From the NCBI GenBank assembly GCA_963769935.1, contig CAVYNY010000007.1:1-64000 (forward strand): 64,000 bases of DNA. The letters run 5' to 3'. This DNA comes from an uncultured delta proteobacterium. Its GTDB lineage: Bacteria > Desulfobacterota > Desulfobacteria > Desulfobacterales > JAFDCJ01. Shown here piece after piece: positions 29,538-41,295 of this stretch (its first letter is position 1; every line of letters begins with the position of its first letter). Made by a program: the position numbers and the translations under genes. The notes beneath the pieces are model-generated. The model worked only from the letters and a program-made list of their open reading frames with translations. It was not told where the DNA came from and did no database searches.

Positions 29538-32500
29538 ATGAAAAAATGGGCCATCATTATCATGGTGCTGATTTTGAGCGCTCCGGTATTTTCACGGGCT
29601 GATGACACCGAAATTTACGGAACCGTTACCAGCACGTCGCTGGAGCCCAATGTATTAATCATTTTTGACTCTTCCGGCAGCATGGACACTGCCGATGTCC
29701 CAGGCGAACCCTATGATCCCATGGGAGATTACATCGGCTCATACAGCCAAAATGCGGTGTATGTCCGCCAGCGCATCAATCATCAATATGAATGGGTGGA
29801 ATTCGCGCCGGACATCGACGATTTGAACTGCACTTCGGTATCAGACCTGCTGGAGGTGCAGGGGTATGCCTCCGGCCGTATCAGCGGATCCAGATTTAAT
29901 TATACGTGCGCCGACCGCGGCCAAGCCCTGACCCTGCGACTGGGCAACTACTCGAACTATGTCGAATCCGGTGTGGGCGCCGCTCGTCGTCGGATCGATG
30001 TCGCCAAAGACGTTATCCGGGATCTGATCGACAGAACCGACGGCGTGCGTTTCGGCGCCATGCGCTTCAACTACGATCAAGGCGGCCGGCTTATCGCAGA
30101 CTGCGGCACGGATAAGGTAACCCTCAAAAGCCGGATCACTGCCATTACGGCCGACGGCTGGACGCCCCTGGCCGAGACCCTGGCCGAAGCCGGGCTGTAT
30201 TTTGCCGGTATGAGCAGCTGGTATAACTCCGGGGTGACTTACACCTCGCCGATGGAGGAGCGCTGTCAGCGAAACTATATCATCGTCATGACCGACGGTC
30301 AGCCGACCCAGGATATCAGCTCCAGACTGTGGAATTCAAATTACATCAACGGCGATAAAATCGGCGACTATGATCACGACGGCGCCGACCCGGGCTACTA
30401 TGCTGATAATGGCTCCGATTACCTGGATGATGTGGCCAAATATCTGTATGAAAATGACTGCAATCCCACGCTGGGCGACGGGACCTCGTTTGACAAACAG
30501 AACATCGTCACGTTTACCATCGGCTTTCAAGCCAATCACCCGCTGTTAATGGACACCGCCGGCAACGGCGGCGGCGAATATTACACGGCCACCAATTATT
30601 CGGAGCTAAGTGAAGCCTTCTATTATATCATGTCGAGCATTCGGGAAGAAAATGCGGTCTTTGTCGCCCCCGTTGTGCCGATCAGCCGCATGAACCGCAC
30701 CTATGCCGGTGATCGGATTTACCTGGGATTTTTCAAACCTCAAATGAGCGGCCGCTGGATCGGCAACATCAAACGCTACGCCCTGGACAGCGACGGCAGC
30801 CTGTATGATGCCAACGACGTTTTAGCCACCACGCCCGAGGGACTGATTAAAAACAATGCCCTGTCGTTCTGGACCACCCTGGGCAATGACGGACCGGATG
30901 TCTCCGCCGGGGGTGCCGCCGAGGTCCTGGAGTTGCTGATCGAAGGCACGGGTGTCCGCAACATCTACACGTATACCGGAACCGAGACATTGCTGACAGA
31001 CACCTCCAATGCATTCACGGCTGCCAACCCTGCCGTTACCAATGCGCTTTTGAACGTTGCCGGCGACACGGAGCGTCAGAACCTGATTACGACGGTTCGC
31101 AACAGCTGGTTCGGCGACATTATTCATTCCGAGCCGGTCGTGGCATATTACCCCGATCCGGACGGCAATCCGGCCACCGACGACCAAAAGACCATGATTT
31201 ATACCGGCGCCAACGACGGTATGCTGCACTGCATCAATGATGTCGACGGCAGAGAAGTCTGGTCCTTCATACCCCCAAGCCAGCTGGACCGTCTGAAACT
31301 GCTGACCAATGATGATCACGATTATTTTATCGACGGCTCACCGGTGATCTACTCCAAAGACGGTCAGATGATCATGATTTTCGGCGAGCGGCGCGGTGGC
31401 AACACTTACACCGCCCTGGATATAAGTGCACCGACGGCCCCGGTTCTGCTCTACAGCATTGGACCCCATATTCTCGACCGGGATACCGGCGACCCCGCGA
31501 ATCCTTACGAGATCCTGGGTCAGTCGTGGGGCAAACCGGAAAGAGCCACCATTGTAACCAGTTCGGTTGTGACTACACCGGATTGTAACTTAAGCATCGA
31601 ATCCACCGCCGAGGATGTGTTCCTGATTCCCGGCGGCTATGATAATAATCAGGACCAGAGCACCCCCAGTGCCACGGATACGCTCGGCAGGGCCTTGTTT
31701 GCCGTCGGCGTTTCCAGCGGGAGCATTGTATCCAACTTTAATTTTAATGCCGTTGACAACCCCGGCCTCGGAATGAACCATTCATTTGTCGATATGACCG
31801 CCCTGGATCATGACGGCGATGGCATTTACAGCCGGGTATATGCCGGTGATCTTGGCGGCCGGGTATTTGCCTTTAAAGACGACGAAGTCCAGACGTTCCT
31901 GGTATGCAGCAACTCCATCACCCAAAACGTGGCGGACGGCAGCTGGAGTGCCAAAAAACTGTTCAACGCCTCGGCCGACGGTGTGCAGCGCAAGATAATG
32001 TATGCCCCTGACGCGGTGGGCGAAGAAGCCGGCGAAACGATATTTTTCGGTACCGGCGATCGCAGTGATCCGGGAGAAACCAGTGTCGTCAACCGCATGT
32101 ACGCCGTCAAAAATGACTGGGCCAGCTCCGCCACTCTGACCGATTCGGACCTGGTGGATGTGACCGATGATTTAATTCAGCTTGGAACCGAGGCCGAAAA
32201 GGCGAGTGTCACAGCCACGCTGGAAAGTGCCGGTGGCTGGTTTATCCGTCTGGAAAATCCCGGTGAAAAAGTGGTGGCTTCCCCGCGCGTATATGGCGGC
32301 GTCGTTTATTTTACGACCTATACCCCGTCTGCCGGCACCGAAGGCGACTCCGATGATCCCTGTGCTGTTTCCACTGTCCGGGGCGTCGGCCGGCTCTATG
32401 CGGTTAATTACAAAACAGGCGGTTCGGTGCTTGAGCTCTCCAGTGACCTCGAAACAGATCATTCCGGCGGCAGTGTCGCGCTTGGCAAGAAGGACCGCAG

Positions 32501-32654
32501 TGTGGCTATCGGAACGGCCATACCGTCGGCGCCGGTAATCGCTATTCTGGCAGGCGGGGCACGCATCTTTGTTGGGGTTGAGGGCGGTATCGTGAGTATG
32601 CCGACCATCGCCACCCAGGATATGTACACCTATTATTGGACCCAGATGTTTTAG
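29538..32654 (+). CDS. pilY1: PilY1/PilC-type type IV pilus tip adhesin with vWA domain
   Basis: Signal peptide, vWA MIDAS (IFDSSGSM, TPLAETL, MTDG), GDIIHS, GANDGMLH, EVWSFIP, and DHDGDG..RVYAGDLGG. Confidence 0.9.
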   Translation: MKKWAIIIMVLILSAPVFSRADDTEIYGTVTSTSLEPNVLIIFDSSGSMDTADVPGEPYDPMGDYIGSYSQNAVYVRQRINHQYEWVEFAPDIDDLNCTSVSDLLEVQGYASGRISGSRFNYTCADRGQALTLRLGNYSNYVESGVGAARRRIDVAKDVIRDLIDRTDGVRFGAMRFNYDQGGRLIADCGTDKVTLKSRITAITADGWTPLAETLAEAGLYFAGMSSWYNSGVTYTSPMEERCQRNYIIVMTDGQPTQDISSRLWNSNYINGDKIGDYDHDGADPGYYADNGSDYLDDVAKYLYENDCNPTLGDGTSFDKQNIVTFTIGFQANHPLLMDTAGNGGGEYYTATNYSELSEAFYYIMSSIREENAVFVAPVVPISRMNRTYAGDRIYLGFFKPQMSGRWIGNIKRYALDSDGSLYDANDVLATTPEGLIKNNALSFWTTLGNDGPDVSAGGAAEVLELLIEGTGVRNIYTYTGTETLLTDTSNAFTAANPAVTNALLNVAGDTERQNLITTVRNSWFGDIIHSEPVVAYYPDPDGNPATDDQKTMIYTGANDGMLHCINDVDGREVWSFIPPSQLDRLKLLTNDDHDYFIDGSPVIYSKDGQMIMIFGERRGGNTYTALDISAPTAPVLLYSIGPHILDRDTGDPANPYEILGQSWGKPERATIVTSSVVTTPDCNLSIESTAEDVFLIPGGYDNNQDQSTPSATDTLGRALFAVGVSSGSIVSNFNFNAVDNPGLGMNHSFVDMTALDHDGDGIYSRVYAGDLGGRVFAFKDDEVQTFLVCSNSITQNVADGSWSAKKLFNASADGVQRKIMYAPDAVGEEAGETIFFGTGDRSDPGETSVVNRMYAVKNDWASSATLTDSDLVDVTDDLIQLGTEAEKASVTATLESAGGWFIRLENPGEKVVASPRVYGGVVYFTTYTPSAGTEGDSDDPCAVSTVRGVGRLYAVNYKTGGSVLELSSDLETDHSGGSVALGKKDRSVAIGTAIPSAPVIAILAGGARIFVGVEGGIVSMPTIATQDMYTYYWTQMF

Positions 32655-32733
32655 ACGATGATCACGAAACAAATGAAAAATGACAGGATTTCACATAGCT
32701 CTTAAATTCGTATGTGGCCTGGGGGAGGACCAA

Positions 32734-33186
32734 ATGAATAACGTGCATTCACTCAAACGGTGTCTTTGGGCGCTGCTGACTGTGACTTTGATCGTTTACG
32801 GGTGTCCGGATCAGAGCAGAGCGGCTTCCAAACCGATCACACCGGACGAATTATTATACAGCGGCCCCTTTGAAATCACCTCACGCATCATGGAGATCGA
32901 CCATGGAAAAAACATGCTGGTCGTTGCTGAATATGGGATCTATGTGGTTGATGTCATGGTTGGAGAAGAACATCTATTAACGGTTCTTTCCGATGCCGAA
33001 GGCTCGACCGTGTCATATGAATCATTCGCTCGCGGACAAACTGTCCTGGTACGGGGGTTACAGCTGCCGGACGGCCGCGTCATTGCAGAGCTGATTCAAC
33101 TCGCCGGCGACCGGTCTTCCGGGAGACAATCAGACGATCGGCGGCCCGCAATTCGGCAGGTCCATGAAATTAGGCCGCTTAATTAA
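32734..33186 (+). CDS. Exported hypothetical protein
   Basis: GGAGG RBS, N-terminal hydrophobic segment and beta-rich body. Follows pilY1. Confidence 0.65.
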   Translation: MNNVHSLKRCLWALLTVTLIVYGCPDQSRAASKPITPDELLYSGPFEITSRIMEIDHGKNMLVVAEYGIYVVDVMVGEEHLLTVLSDAEGSTVSYESFARGQTVLVRGLQLPDGRVIAELIQLAGDRSSGRQSDDRRPAIRQVHEIRPLN

Positions 33187-33290
33187 TCCGCCCGGAAAAA
33201 CAGGCCTGGCGGGGTTGCACCTTGCGCTTTAAAAAAGGAAGCAAGTCGTTCGATCGAAGGTCCGGCGGATTAATTGTTTTATGCTGCGCA
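33180..33290 (+). repeat. 97-bp terminal-inverted-repeat element plus TGCTGCGCA tail, copy 2
   Basis: TAATTAATCCGCC (33180-33192)-N71-GGCGGATTAATT (33264-33275)-GTTTTATGCTGCGCA. Confidence 0.85.
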
Positions 33291-33299
33291 AACTTTATT

Positions 33300-33345
33300 A
33301 AAAAAAAGCGCCATTTCCCAACGTGGGAAATGGCGCTTTTTGTTT
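33300..33345. terminator. Bidirectional intrinsic terminator
   Basis: AAAAAGCGCCATTTCCCA-ACG-TGGGAAATGGCGCTTTTT between convergent genes. Confidence 0.85.
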
Positions 33346-33455
33346 AGTTGTTCCAATTTCGCAGGCAAGGGCAATGGGCTTCGATCACCCAGCCGGTTAT
33401 CTTCTTTCTTTATAACCAACGGGATCGGGGTGCCAAGCCATCGCGCAGGGCCATT

Positions 33456-34508
33456 TTATTCCAGCTTAAACGGCGCAATAATTCTGGCGCCGTCCCTAAT
33501 GGCCTGGCGTGAATCTGTGATCATCACTGTGGAGGTTGTATTTTCGGTATGCAGCACCAGCAATTCACCCAATAGCACCGGTGTGAGTGTAACCGCATAT
33601 GGGTCCTTGGGATTTATGCGATATTCTTCCTGCTTAAAAATCCAGTAAAACTGGCCGGGTTCCACGCCGGCGCTCGCTCCTCTGTTGATGAACGCGATGG
33701 TGCTGTCGCCGAATATGGTCTGATGTTCTTCGGATATGATAACATTGCCTTCAAGACCCGGTGGGGTTGGCCGCATCGCAACAATTGGCATTTGCCGCAC
33801 ATAGGGCATCAGCAAATCACCGACTGCGATCGGCCGGTAACTGGCCACAACTCGGGCAACAACAAACTTGGGCCTTTTGAGCATAATCTCCACGGCGCCG
33901 GTAAGATAGTGCTGAATGCCGATAAATTCGTTGGTTTGCTTGTCGACGATCGGTTTTAAGGTGCGATAGACAGTGTATCTATCACCGGGAGTGAGCGCAA
34001 AATTCTCCCCGGGCTCGATATAAACCAGATCCCCGGTGCTGATCATCTCCTTCTGGCCTTCTACTTTGAATATGGTTCCGTGAGCGGGAACCGGTTCTTT
34101 GCGGATGAATCCGACCCGGTCGATGGCGGCATACGCATAGGACAGCATTTTGGTAAGCTCCGGATTTTCCTGCGGGGCTTTTTCCGTGCCGGCGGTCCCT
34201 TCGCCGGTGCCGCCGTATCCCTGAGCCACTCGCCGTCGGTACAGACGGATGCGTTCTCCCGGATATATGCGGTGAGGGTTGGCAATCTGATCGTTTTCCT
34301 TCCACATTTCCGGCCAAAGCCAGGGTGTATCGGAAAATTTTTTGGAAAGATCCCAGAGGGTGTCGCCCTTCTGGACGGTATAGTAGAAACCGGTTTCATA
34401 TTCGACGGGCTCCTGCGTTTCGGCCGAGCCTTGGGGGAGAGGAATTGCCAGCAGGAAGATAATTATGAACAAACTTGCGGTAAGGTACGATCTTATTTTG
34501 CTATCCAT
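33456..34508 (-). CDS. LysM peptidoglycan-binding domain protein
   Basis: Signal peptide, then YTVQKGDTLWDLS...PWLWPEMW..N..IANPHRIYPG. Confidence 0.9.
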   Translation of the reverse strand: MDSKIRSYLTASLFIIIFLLAIPLPQGSAETQEPVEYETGFYYTVQKGDTLWDLSKKFSDTPWLWPEMWKENDQIANPHRIYPGERIRLYRRRVAQGYGGTGEGTAGTEKAPQENPELTKMLSYAYAAIDRVGFIRKEPVPAHGTIFKVEGQKEMISTGDLVYIEPGENFALTPGDRYTVYRTLKPIVDKQTNEFIGIQHYLTGAVEIMLKRPKFVVARVVASYRPIAVGDLLMPYVRQMPIVAMRPTPPGLEGNVIISEEHQTIFGDSTIAFINRGASAGVEPGQFYWIFKQEEYRINPKDPYAVTLTPVLLGELLVLHTENTTSTVMITDSRQAIRDGARIIAPFKLE

Positions 34509-34625
34509 CAGATGCTCCGATTCCTTTTTCTAATTTGTTGTCCGAAAAATCAGCTTTTCTGTAATAAGATTATATGATTATCGGTAATTTGTCAAATTTT
34601 TCAAGGATGCAAATAACCTTAAATA

Positions 34626-34668
34626 AAAAGCCCTTACGGCTATCTGACCTACCGTAAGGGCTTTTTTT
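34626..34668 (-). terminator. Intrinsic terminator of groESL
   Basis: AAAAGCCCTTACGG...CCGTAAGGGCTTTT. Confidence 0.8.
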
Positions 34669-34692
34669 GTTGATTGTCGGGAATTTTGGCGT

Positions 34693-36375
<1,683 letters not shown>

Positions 36376-36390
36376 TCAGTATTATCTTTT

Positions 36391-36678
36391 TTAGTCAATT
36401 ATGCCAAGCACGTCGTCTTCGCGCATGATCAAATATTCTTCGCCGCTGATTTTTACTTCCGTGCCGGAGTATTTGCCGAACAGAATCCGGTCACCTTTTT
36501 TAATCTCCAGAGCAATTCTTTTGCCGTCTTCACCGACCTTGCCATTACCAACGGCAATAACTTTGCCTTCGGCGGGTTTTTCCTTAGCAGTATCCGGGAT
36601 GATAATGCCACCTTTGGTGGTGGTTTCTTCTTCGACGCGTTGGACTAAAATCCGATCCTGCAATGGTCTCAGTTTCAT
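36391..36678 (-). CDS. groS: Co-chaperonin GroES
   Basis: MKLRPLQDR and [13 protein letters not shown]. Confidence 0.99.
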   Translation of the reverse strand: MKLRPLQDRILVQRVEEETTTKGGIIIPDTAKEKPAEGKVIAVGNGKVGEDGKRIALEIKKGDRILFGKYSGTEVKISGEEYLIMREDDVLGIID

Positions 36679-37075
36679 GGTTTAAAATCTCCTTTTAAAT
36701 TAAAAATTTCTTCATCACTTGATGCGACAGTAAAATACATCGTGTACGAATGGGTCGCCGCTTCAAACGGCGGTCAATTCCTCACCCCCTTTCGATTAAT
36801 GTCAGATTGAAATAAATGTTTATAATATTAAGTTGTTAGGAAAGGCTTTTTTTCTGAAATAATAATCACCGTTTTTGGTTTGTAAAGAGATCGGGCCGGA
36901 AAATTTTAAATTTTTGATAAAAAAATCGCCTGGAAAATAAAGGATTGCTATCCACAGACATCAGCAGGCTTGCCGGTGGTTCTTCAATTTCAACTCACCA
37001 AGATTTAGAGCACCTGCTGCAATTTGAGGAAGAGCGGTCTTCAAATCAAGGTTGGTTTGTCCGCCGGCATCGGTA

Positions 37076-37372
37076 TCAGGCTGACTTATCAGAAGAAGGG
37101 GTCTTTGCAGTTGCAGATCCGCTGTCGGACGATTTGACATCATCCGATTTGCTCTCTTTGGTTTTTTGAGACGGCTTCGAAGCGTCCCGGTTTTTGGCGG
37201 CATAGTCGGTGACGTACCAGCCGCTGCCTTTAAGGTGAAATGAACTCTGGGAAACCAGCTTGGTAAGCTTACCCGAGCAGTGTTTGCATTTGGCCAAAGG
37301 TTTATCTGAAAATTTTTGCAATGCTTCTTCAACCTTGCCGCACTTGGTACATTCATATTCGTAAATTGGCAT
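37076..37372 (-). CDS. FmdB-family zinc-ribbon protein
   Basis: MPIYEYECTKCG...CKHCSG...LKGSGWYVTDY and a Ser/Lys-rich tail. Confidence 0.9.
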   Translation of the reverse strand: MPIYEYECTKCGKVEEALQKFSDKPLAKCKHCSGKLTKLVSQSSFHLKGSGWYVTDYAAKNRDASKPSQKTKESKSDDVKSSDSGSATAKTPSSDKSA

Positions 37373-37449
37373 CTTTATTAGTTCCTTCTATTCAAATCAG
37401 GCTGACCTAATATAGTTAACGCGGTTCTTTTGTCAAGAATCAATTTTGT

Positions 37450-38007
37450 TTATGGATCCCTCAGGCCCTCATACGACACGTTCCAATCATTGTAAAATTC
37501 CAGAACATTCTGCAGTCCGGCGAGCTGGACCGGTTTTAGAATTTCATGCGTTCCCTGATGAACCCGCTTTTCCTCTGCCATGCGTTCCTGGGCGGATGCC
37601 TCGAAGCTCTGCAGAAATTTACTGAACCGGACAATGTGAATGAGTTCGTGGGTGATGATGTAAAGGGAAAAGGGAAACAATTCAATCCCCGGCGAGTCTT
37701 CCACGGTCGACTGGATGGTATGATCCTGCAGGCAGATTTTATAAAAATCGTAGGTAGCCGATCCCAGGGATGTATTTTTGCGGCGTCCTTTGTAGCGAAT
37801 AATCTGGGCAAAAGGTCCTTCGACGATTTCCTCCGGATTAAGTTCAGCCAGTGTTTTGACATCGTAACGCGGACCGAGCCATTGACTGGCAGACATTTTA
37901 TAATGATTGCTGACCAGTTCCTCCGCCATGGCCACGGCATTATTTACGATTTTCAACTGGTCGGGATCGAAGCACTTAACTCTCTGCATTGTGATTTGTT
38001 TGGCCAT
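37450..38007 (-). CDS. Hypothetical protein with HExxH motif
   Basis: YIITHELIHIVRF followed by EEKRVH. Confidence 0.7.
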   Translation of the reverse strand: MAKQITMQRVKCFDPDQLKIVNNAVAMAEELVSNHYKMSASQWLGPRYDVKTLAELNPEEIVEGPFAQIIRYKGRRKNTSLGSATYDFYKICLQDHTIQSTVEDSPGIELFPFSLYIITHELIHIVRFSKFLQSFEASAQERMAEEKRVHQGTHEILKPVQLAGLQNVLEFYNDWNVSYEGLRDP

Positions 38008-38016
38008 TGTGATGAA

Positions 38017-38559
38017 TTACTTTTTAACCGCTGCCGCTTGTGACATTCGTAATCCAGTTGCTTCAATTTCTTCAAAGGCCGTGGTTATGGCTTCTTGAAG
38101 CCGCCGGCGCTCTTTTTCCTCGTTTTCTATAAATCTGATACCCATGCCGCGATTGACGACTTTGTCACTGGGAATATTCGCATTGGACCAGACAACTTCA
38201 GCATTCAGCGGCAAAGATCCCTGATCGGGTATATCAATGGTGATTATAAATCTGTCGTTTAATGCCAGGGGTTCCCGGCATACAACAAAAGCGCCTCCAA
38301 GGCTGATGTCCTTTAATTGAACCTCTTCGTGGTTACCGGATTGTTCAATTGCAGCCGGCCATGAGATTGCGACCCGAGGGTGGCGGCGTTTTTCCTGCCC
38401 GGCAAATTTGTTTGACATGGACACATCCGACCCCGGTTGATCCGGCATCATGCGTTTTTTGAGATAAACAAAAATAAACCAGAATAAAATCAATCCAACG
38501 AATAAGGCCCCGCCAATGCCAATGCTGTTGACAATAAGTTTGCTCTCCATATATGCCAT
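38017..38559 (-). CDS. Membrane-anchored PilZ-domain protein
   Basis: N-terminal TM helix, EKRRHPR and DISLGG c-di-GMP-binding motifs, GMGIRF. Confidence 0.9.
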   Translation of the reverse strand: MAYMESKLIVNSIGIGGALFVGLILFWFIFVYLKKRMMPDQPGSDVSMSNKFAGQEKRRHPRVAISWPAAIEQSGNHEEVQLKDISLGGAFVVCREPLALNDRFIITIDIPDQGSLPLNAEVVWSNANIPSDKVVNRGMGIRFIENEEKERRRLQEAITTAFEEIEATGLRMSQAAAVKK

Positions 38560-38897
38560 GCCTTCCGTGAGCGTGGAAATTAAAACCGCAGCGAACCTTC
38601 AGCTGAGGTAGCGTGCCCGGCTTTCGGTTTAACCTTAGAATTGACCCAATTTATCGCATGACTTACCTTCGAACCTCACTATAGCATAGAGCATGGTATT
38701 GATCCAGAATTAACCTATCATATAAAAGATCGGCTTTTAAGGCCATCACATAACTAATTTAGTGTTTGGACCCATCGGGACCATAAATAATTGTAGACAC
38801 CCGCCTATCAGGTGTGTTAAACATGGCATTTATTAATTTGGGGGGGGCTGTTATTAGCGCCCACTTGTAAAGAATACGTTGCAAAGGAGGTGAGGAA

Positions 38898-38996
38898 TTG
38901 GGCAGTGTAGTTAAAAAGCGCAGAAAAAAAATGAGAAGGCATAAACACCGAAAGCTATTAGCCAAGACACGTCATCAGAGAAGGAAAGGTAAATAA
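38898..38996 (+). CDS. bS22/mS38-like (AURKAIP1/COX24 domain) small ribosomal protein
   Basis: Own translation from TTG: MGSVVKKRRKKMRRHKHRKLLAKTRHQRRKGK. Strong AAGGAGGTG RBS and a downstream terminator. Absent from the ORF track. Confidence 0.88.
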   Translation: MGSVVKKRRKKMRRHKHRKLLAKTRHQRRKGK

Positions 38997-39027
38997 TGAT
39001 ACCGCTATACTTTTCTGGACCGAAATA

Positions 39028-39064
39028 AAAACACCGGACATCAACCATGCTCCGGTGTTTTTTT
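39028..39064. terminator. Bidirectional intrinsic terminator
   Basis: AAAACACCGGA...TCCGGTGTTTTTTT between the bS22-like gene and hflC. Confidence 0.75.
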
Positions 39065-39097
39065 GTCTTGCGGTCCCTCGATTTGTTTATTGAACGT

Positions 39098-40030
39098 TTA
39101 TTCCTTGTATCCTTTCAGATATTTCAGAAATTCCGAATCGGTTGATAATATCAGGGTATTTTTATCATCCAGGGCTTCACTGTAAATTTTAAGGGTCTGG
39201 ACGAATGAATAGAACTCAGGGTCCTTGCCATAAGAATCTGCATAAATCACGGTGGCCTCGGCATCGGCTTTACCCTTGATTTCCTGGGCCTTGCGATAGG
39301 CCTCGGATGTTATCAGCTGCAACTCTCTTTCTTTTTCACCCAAGATTTTTTGGGCTTCGCCTTTCCCCTCAGAACGAAATTTTTCGGCAATCTGGTTGCG
39401 TTCCGCAATCATACGGCCGTATACGGATTTTCTGACCGCCTCGACGTAATTTATCCGTTTAATCTTAACGTCGACCAGCTCGATGCCGAAGGGGCTTAAT
39501 TTAGGCTGGGCCTGCGCCAGGATTCCCTGAGTAATTTTTTCTCTGCCTGTCGTAACCGTAAAATAAGCTTTCTCCGTGCTGTCCAGATCGGTTTCGGTGG
39601 TTTCCAATTCGCGGTTGGATTTGCGCACAGTTTCAATCAGGCTGTTGGAAGTAATAAAATTTCTGACGGCCGGATCAATAATATCGTTGAGTTTTCCCAT
39701 GGCATTAAGCCGATTGTTCACTGTTTGAAAAAATTTGATCGGATCAACGATTTTCCATCTGGCAAAAACATCGACCCAGAGATAGGTTTTATCCAGCGTG
39801 GGAATCTGGCCCGGGTCTCCGTCCCAATCCAGTAAATTCTTGGCGAAGAAATTAGCATTTTGGATAAACGGAAGTTTGAATTTCAGTCCCGGATCTTTTT
39901 TGGGCTCTCCGACGATGCGGCCGAATTGGGTGATGACCACCTGCTCGGTTTCATTGATGATATAGGCGGAATTGTAAGCCAGCACAACTGCCACAATCAA
40001 TATAACGATGATAATTCCTTTACTTTTCAT
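39098..40030 (-). CDS. hflC: FtsH modulator HflC
   Basis: SPFH domain, RMIAER..IAEKFRSEG and YGKDPEFYSF. Confidence 0.93.
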   Translation of the reverse strand: MKSKGIIIVILIVAVVLAYNSAYIINETEQVVITQFGRIVGEPKKDPGLKFKLPFIQNANFFAKNLLDWDGDPGQIPTLDKTYLWVDVFARWKIVDPIKFFQTVNNRLNAMGKLNDIIDPAVRNFITSNSLIETVRKSNRELETTETDLDSTEKAYFTVTTGREKITQGILAQAQPKLSPFGIELVDVKIKRINYVEAVRKSVYGRMIAERNQIAEKFRSEGKGEAQKILGEKERELQLITSEAYRKAQEIKGKADAEATVIYADSYGKDPEFYSFVQTLKIYSEALDDKNTLILSTDSEFLKYLKGYKE

Positions 40031-41058
40031 TTTTGAGTACCACTCTGGTTTGCCATATTCAGCAAGGGTAGAAAGTTTTTCTGATCAGCATCGACGATAT
40101 ATTTCGGACCCAGCTTTGGAAAGAGCTCTCGCAGCGTTTCGAGATACAGCCGCCTTTTGGTTACATCCTTGGCTTTGACATACTCATTGTAGATCGATGT
40201 AAATCTGGCCGCGTCGCCTTTGGAGCGGTTGACGCGATTCAGCGCATAGCCTTCGGCTGTTTTGATGGTTCGTTCCGCTTCGCCGCGTGCGGCCGGAATG
40301 GCCTTGTTGTATTCTTCTTTTGCCTGGTAAATCATTTGCTCTCTTTCCTGGGTAGCCTGGTTGACCTCATTCCAGGATGGCTGGACGGGACCGGGAACAT
40401 TGGTCCTTTTCATTTCGATCGTCACGATGTGGATACCGGTTTCCGCCTGGTCAAGTTCTTTTTGCAGCAGTCCTTTGGCCTCCACGGCGATTTCATCACG
40501 TCTGTTGATCACCTCATCGATACTTCGGTCTCCCACAACCAGGCGCATCGCAGCTTCGGACATATCCGTCAGGATTCGGCGGACATCGCGGACCTTGAAT
40601 AGATAATCATAGGGATCTTTGACCCGGTATTGAACAATCCACGGCACCAGCGCGACATTCAGGTCGCCGGTGAGCATCAGCGCAACATTTTCGTTCTCAT
40701 TGCCGGAATTAAAGCGCTGTCTGTTGTCCGATCCGGCTGAAGTGAACCCGAACTCTTCGGTCCTGATTTGTTTGACATTTACTTTGGTGACTTTTTCAAT
40801 GCCGATCGGTAATTTAAAATTGAGCCCCGGCTGGGTGGTTCGAACGTACCTTCCGAACAGTTGAACGATACCCACTTCGTCTTGCTTCACCGTGTAAAAG
40901 GTGCTGGAAGCCAGTAAAATAATAACAATCACCAGGACCACCATCGGTCCGCCCGGCAGTTTGAATTTTTTAAATCTGTCCAGGATTTCATCCATTTGAG
41001 GTGGCGCGCCGCCCCTGGTATGCTGTTGCTGTTTCAGCTTATCCCAATCCCAACTCAT
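40027..41058 (-). CDS. hflK: FtsH modulator HflK
   Basis: MLTGDLN, IPAARGEA and VTKRRLYLET. Overlaps hflC. Confidence 0.93.
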   Translation of the reverse strand: MSWDWDKLKQQQHTRGGAPPQMDEILDRFKKFKLPGGPMVVLVIVIILLASSTFYTVKQDEVGIVQLFGRYVRTTQPGLNFKLPIGIEKVTKVNVKQIRTEEFGFTSAGSDNRQRFNSGNENENVALMLTGDLNVALVPWIVQYRVKDPYDYLFKVRDVRRILTDMSEAAMRLVVGDRSIDEVINRRDEIAVEAKGLLQKELDQAETGIHIVTIEMKRTNVPGPVQPSWNEVNQATQEREQMIYQAKEEYNKAIPAARGEAERTIKTAEGYALNRVNRSKGDAARFTSIYNEYVKAKDVTKRRLYLETLRELFPKLGPKYIVDADQKNFLPLLNMANQSGTQK

Positions 41059-41295
41059 AGTTTCTTTCCTGTATGCGGTTAAAAAGCAAGGGATTCAGGT
41101 CGTTCGGGCAGCCCTGAATCCGGTCTATCTGTTTAAAACCGGCAGAGGGCGACAACCGTCATCTCACGCCGGGTTTATCAAGGAGGAATATTTTTAAATG
41201 GTTGCCAAACAATAATTTACCCGGCCACTCAAGTCAAGTAAAAAGCTTTGGTTTTTCTTGACATGCAACTCGGCGGCTATGATATGGTTCCCATC

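Noticed and set aside
36679..36960. CIRCE operator upstream of groES
   Set aside because: No TTAGCACTC-N9-GAGTGCTAA match was seen on either strand.
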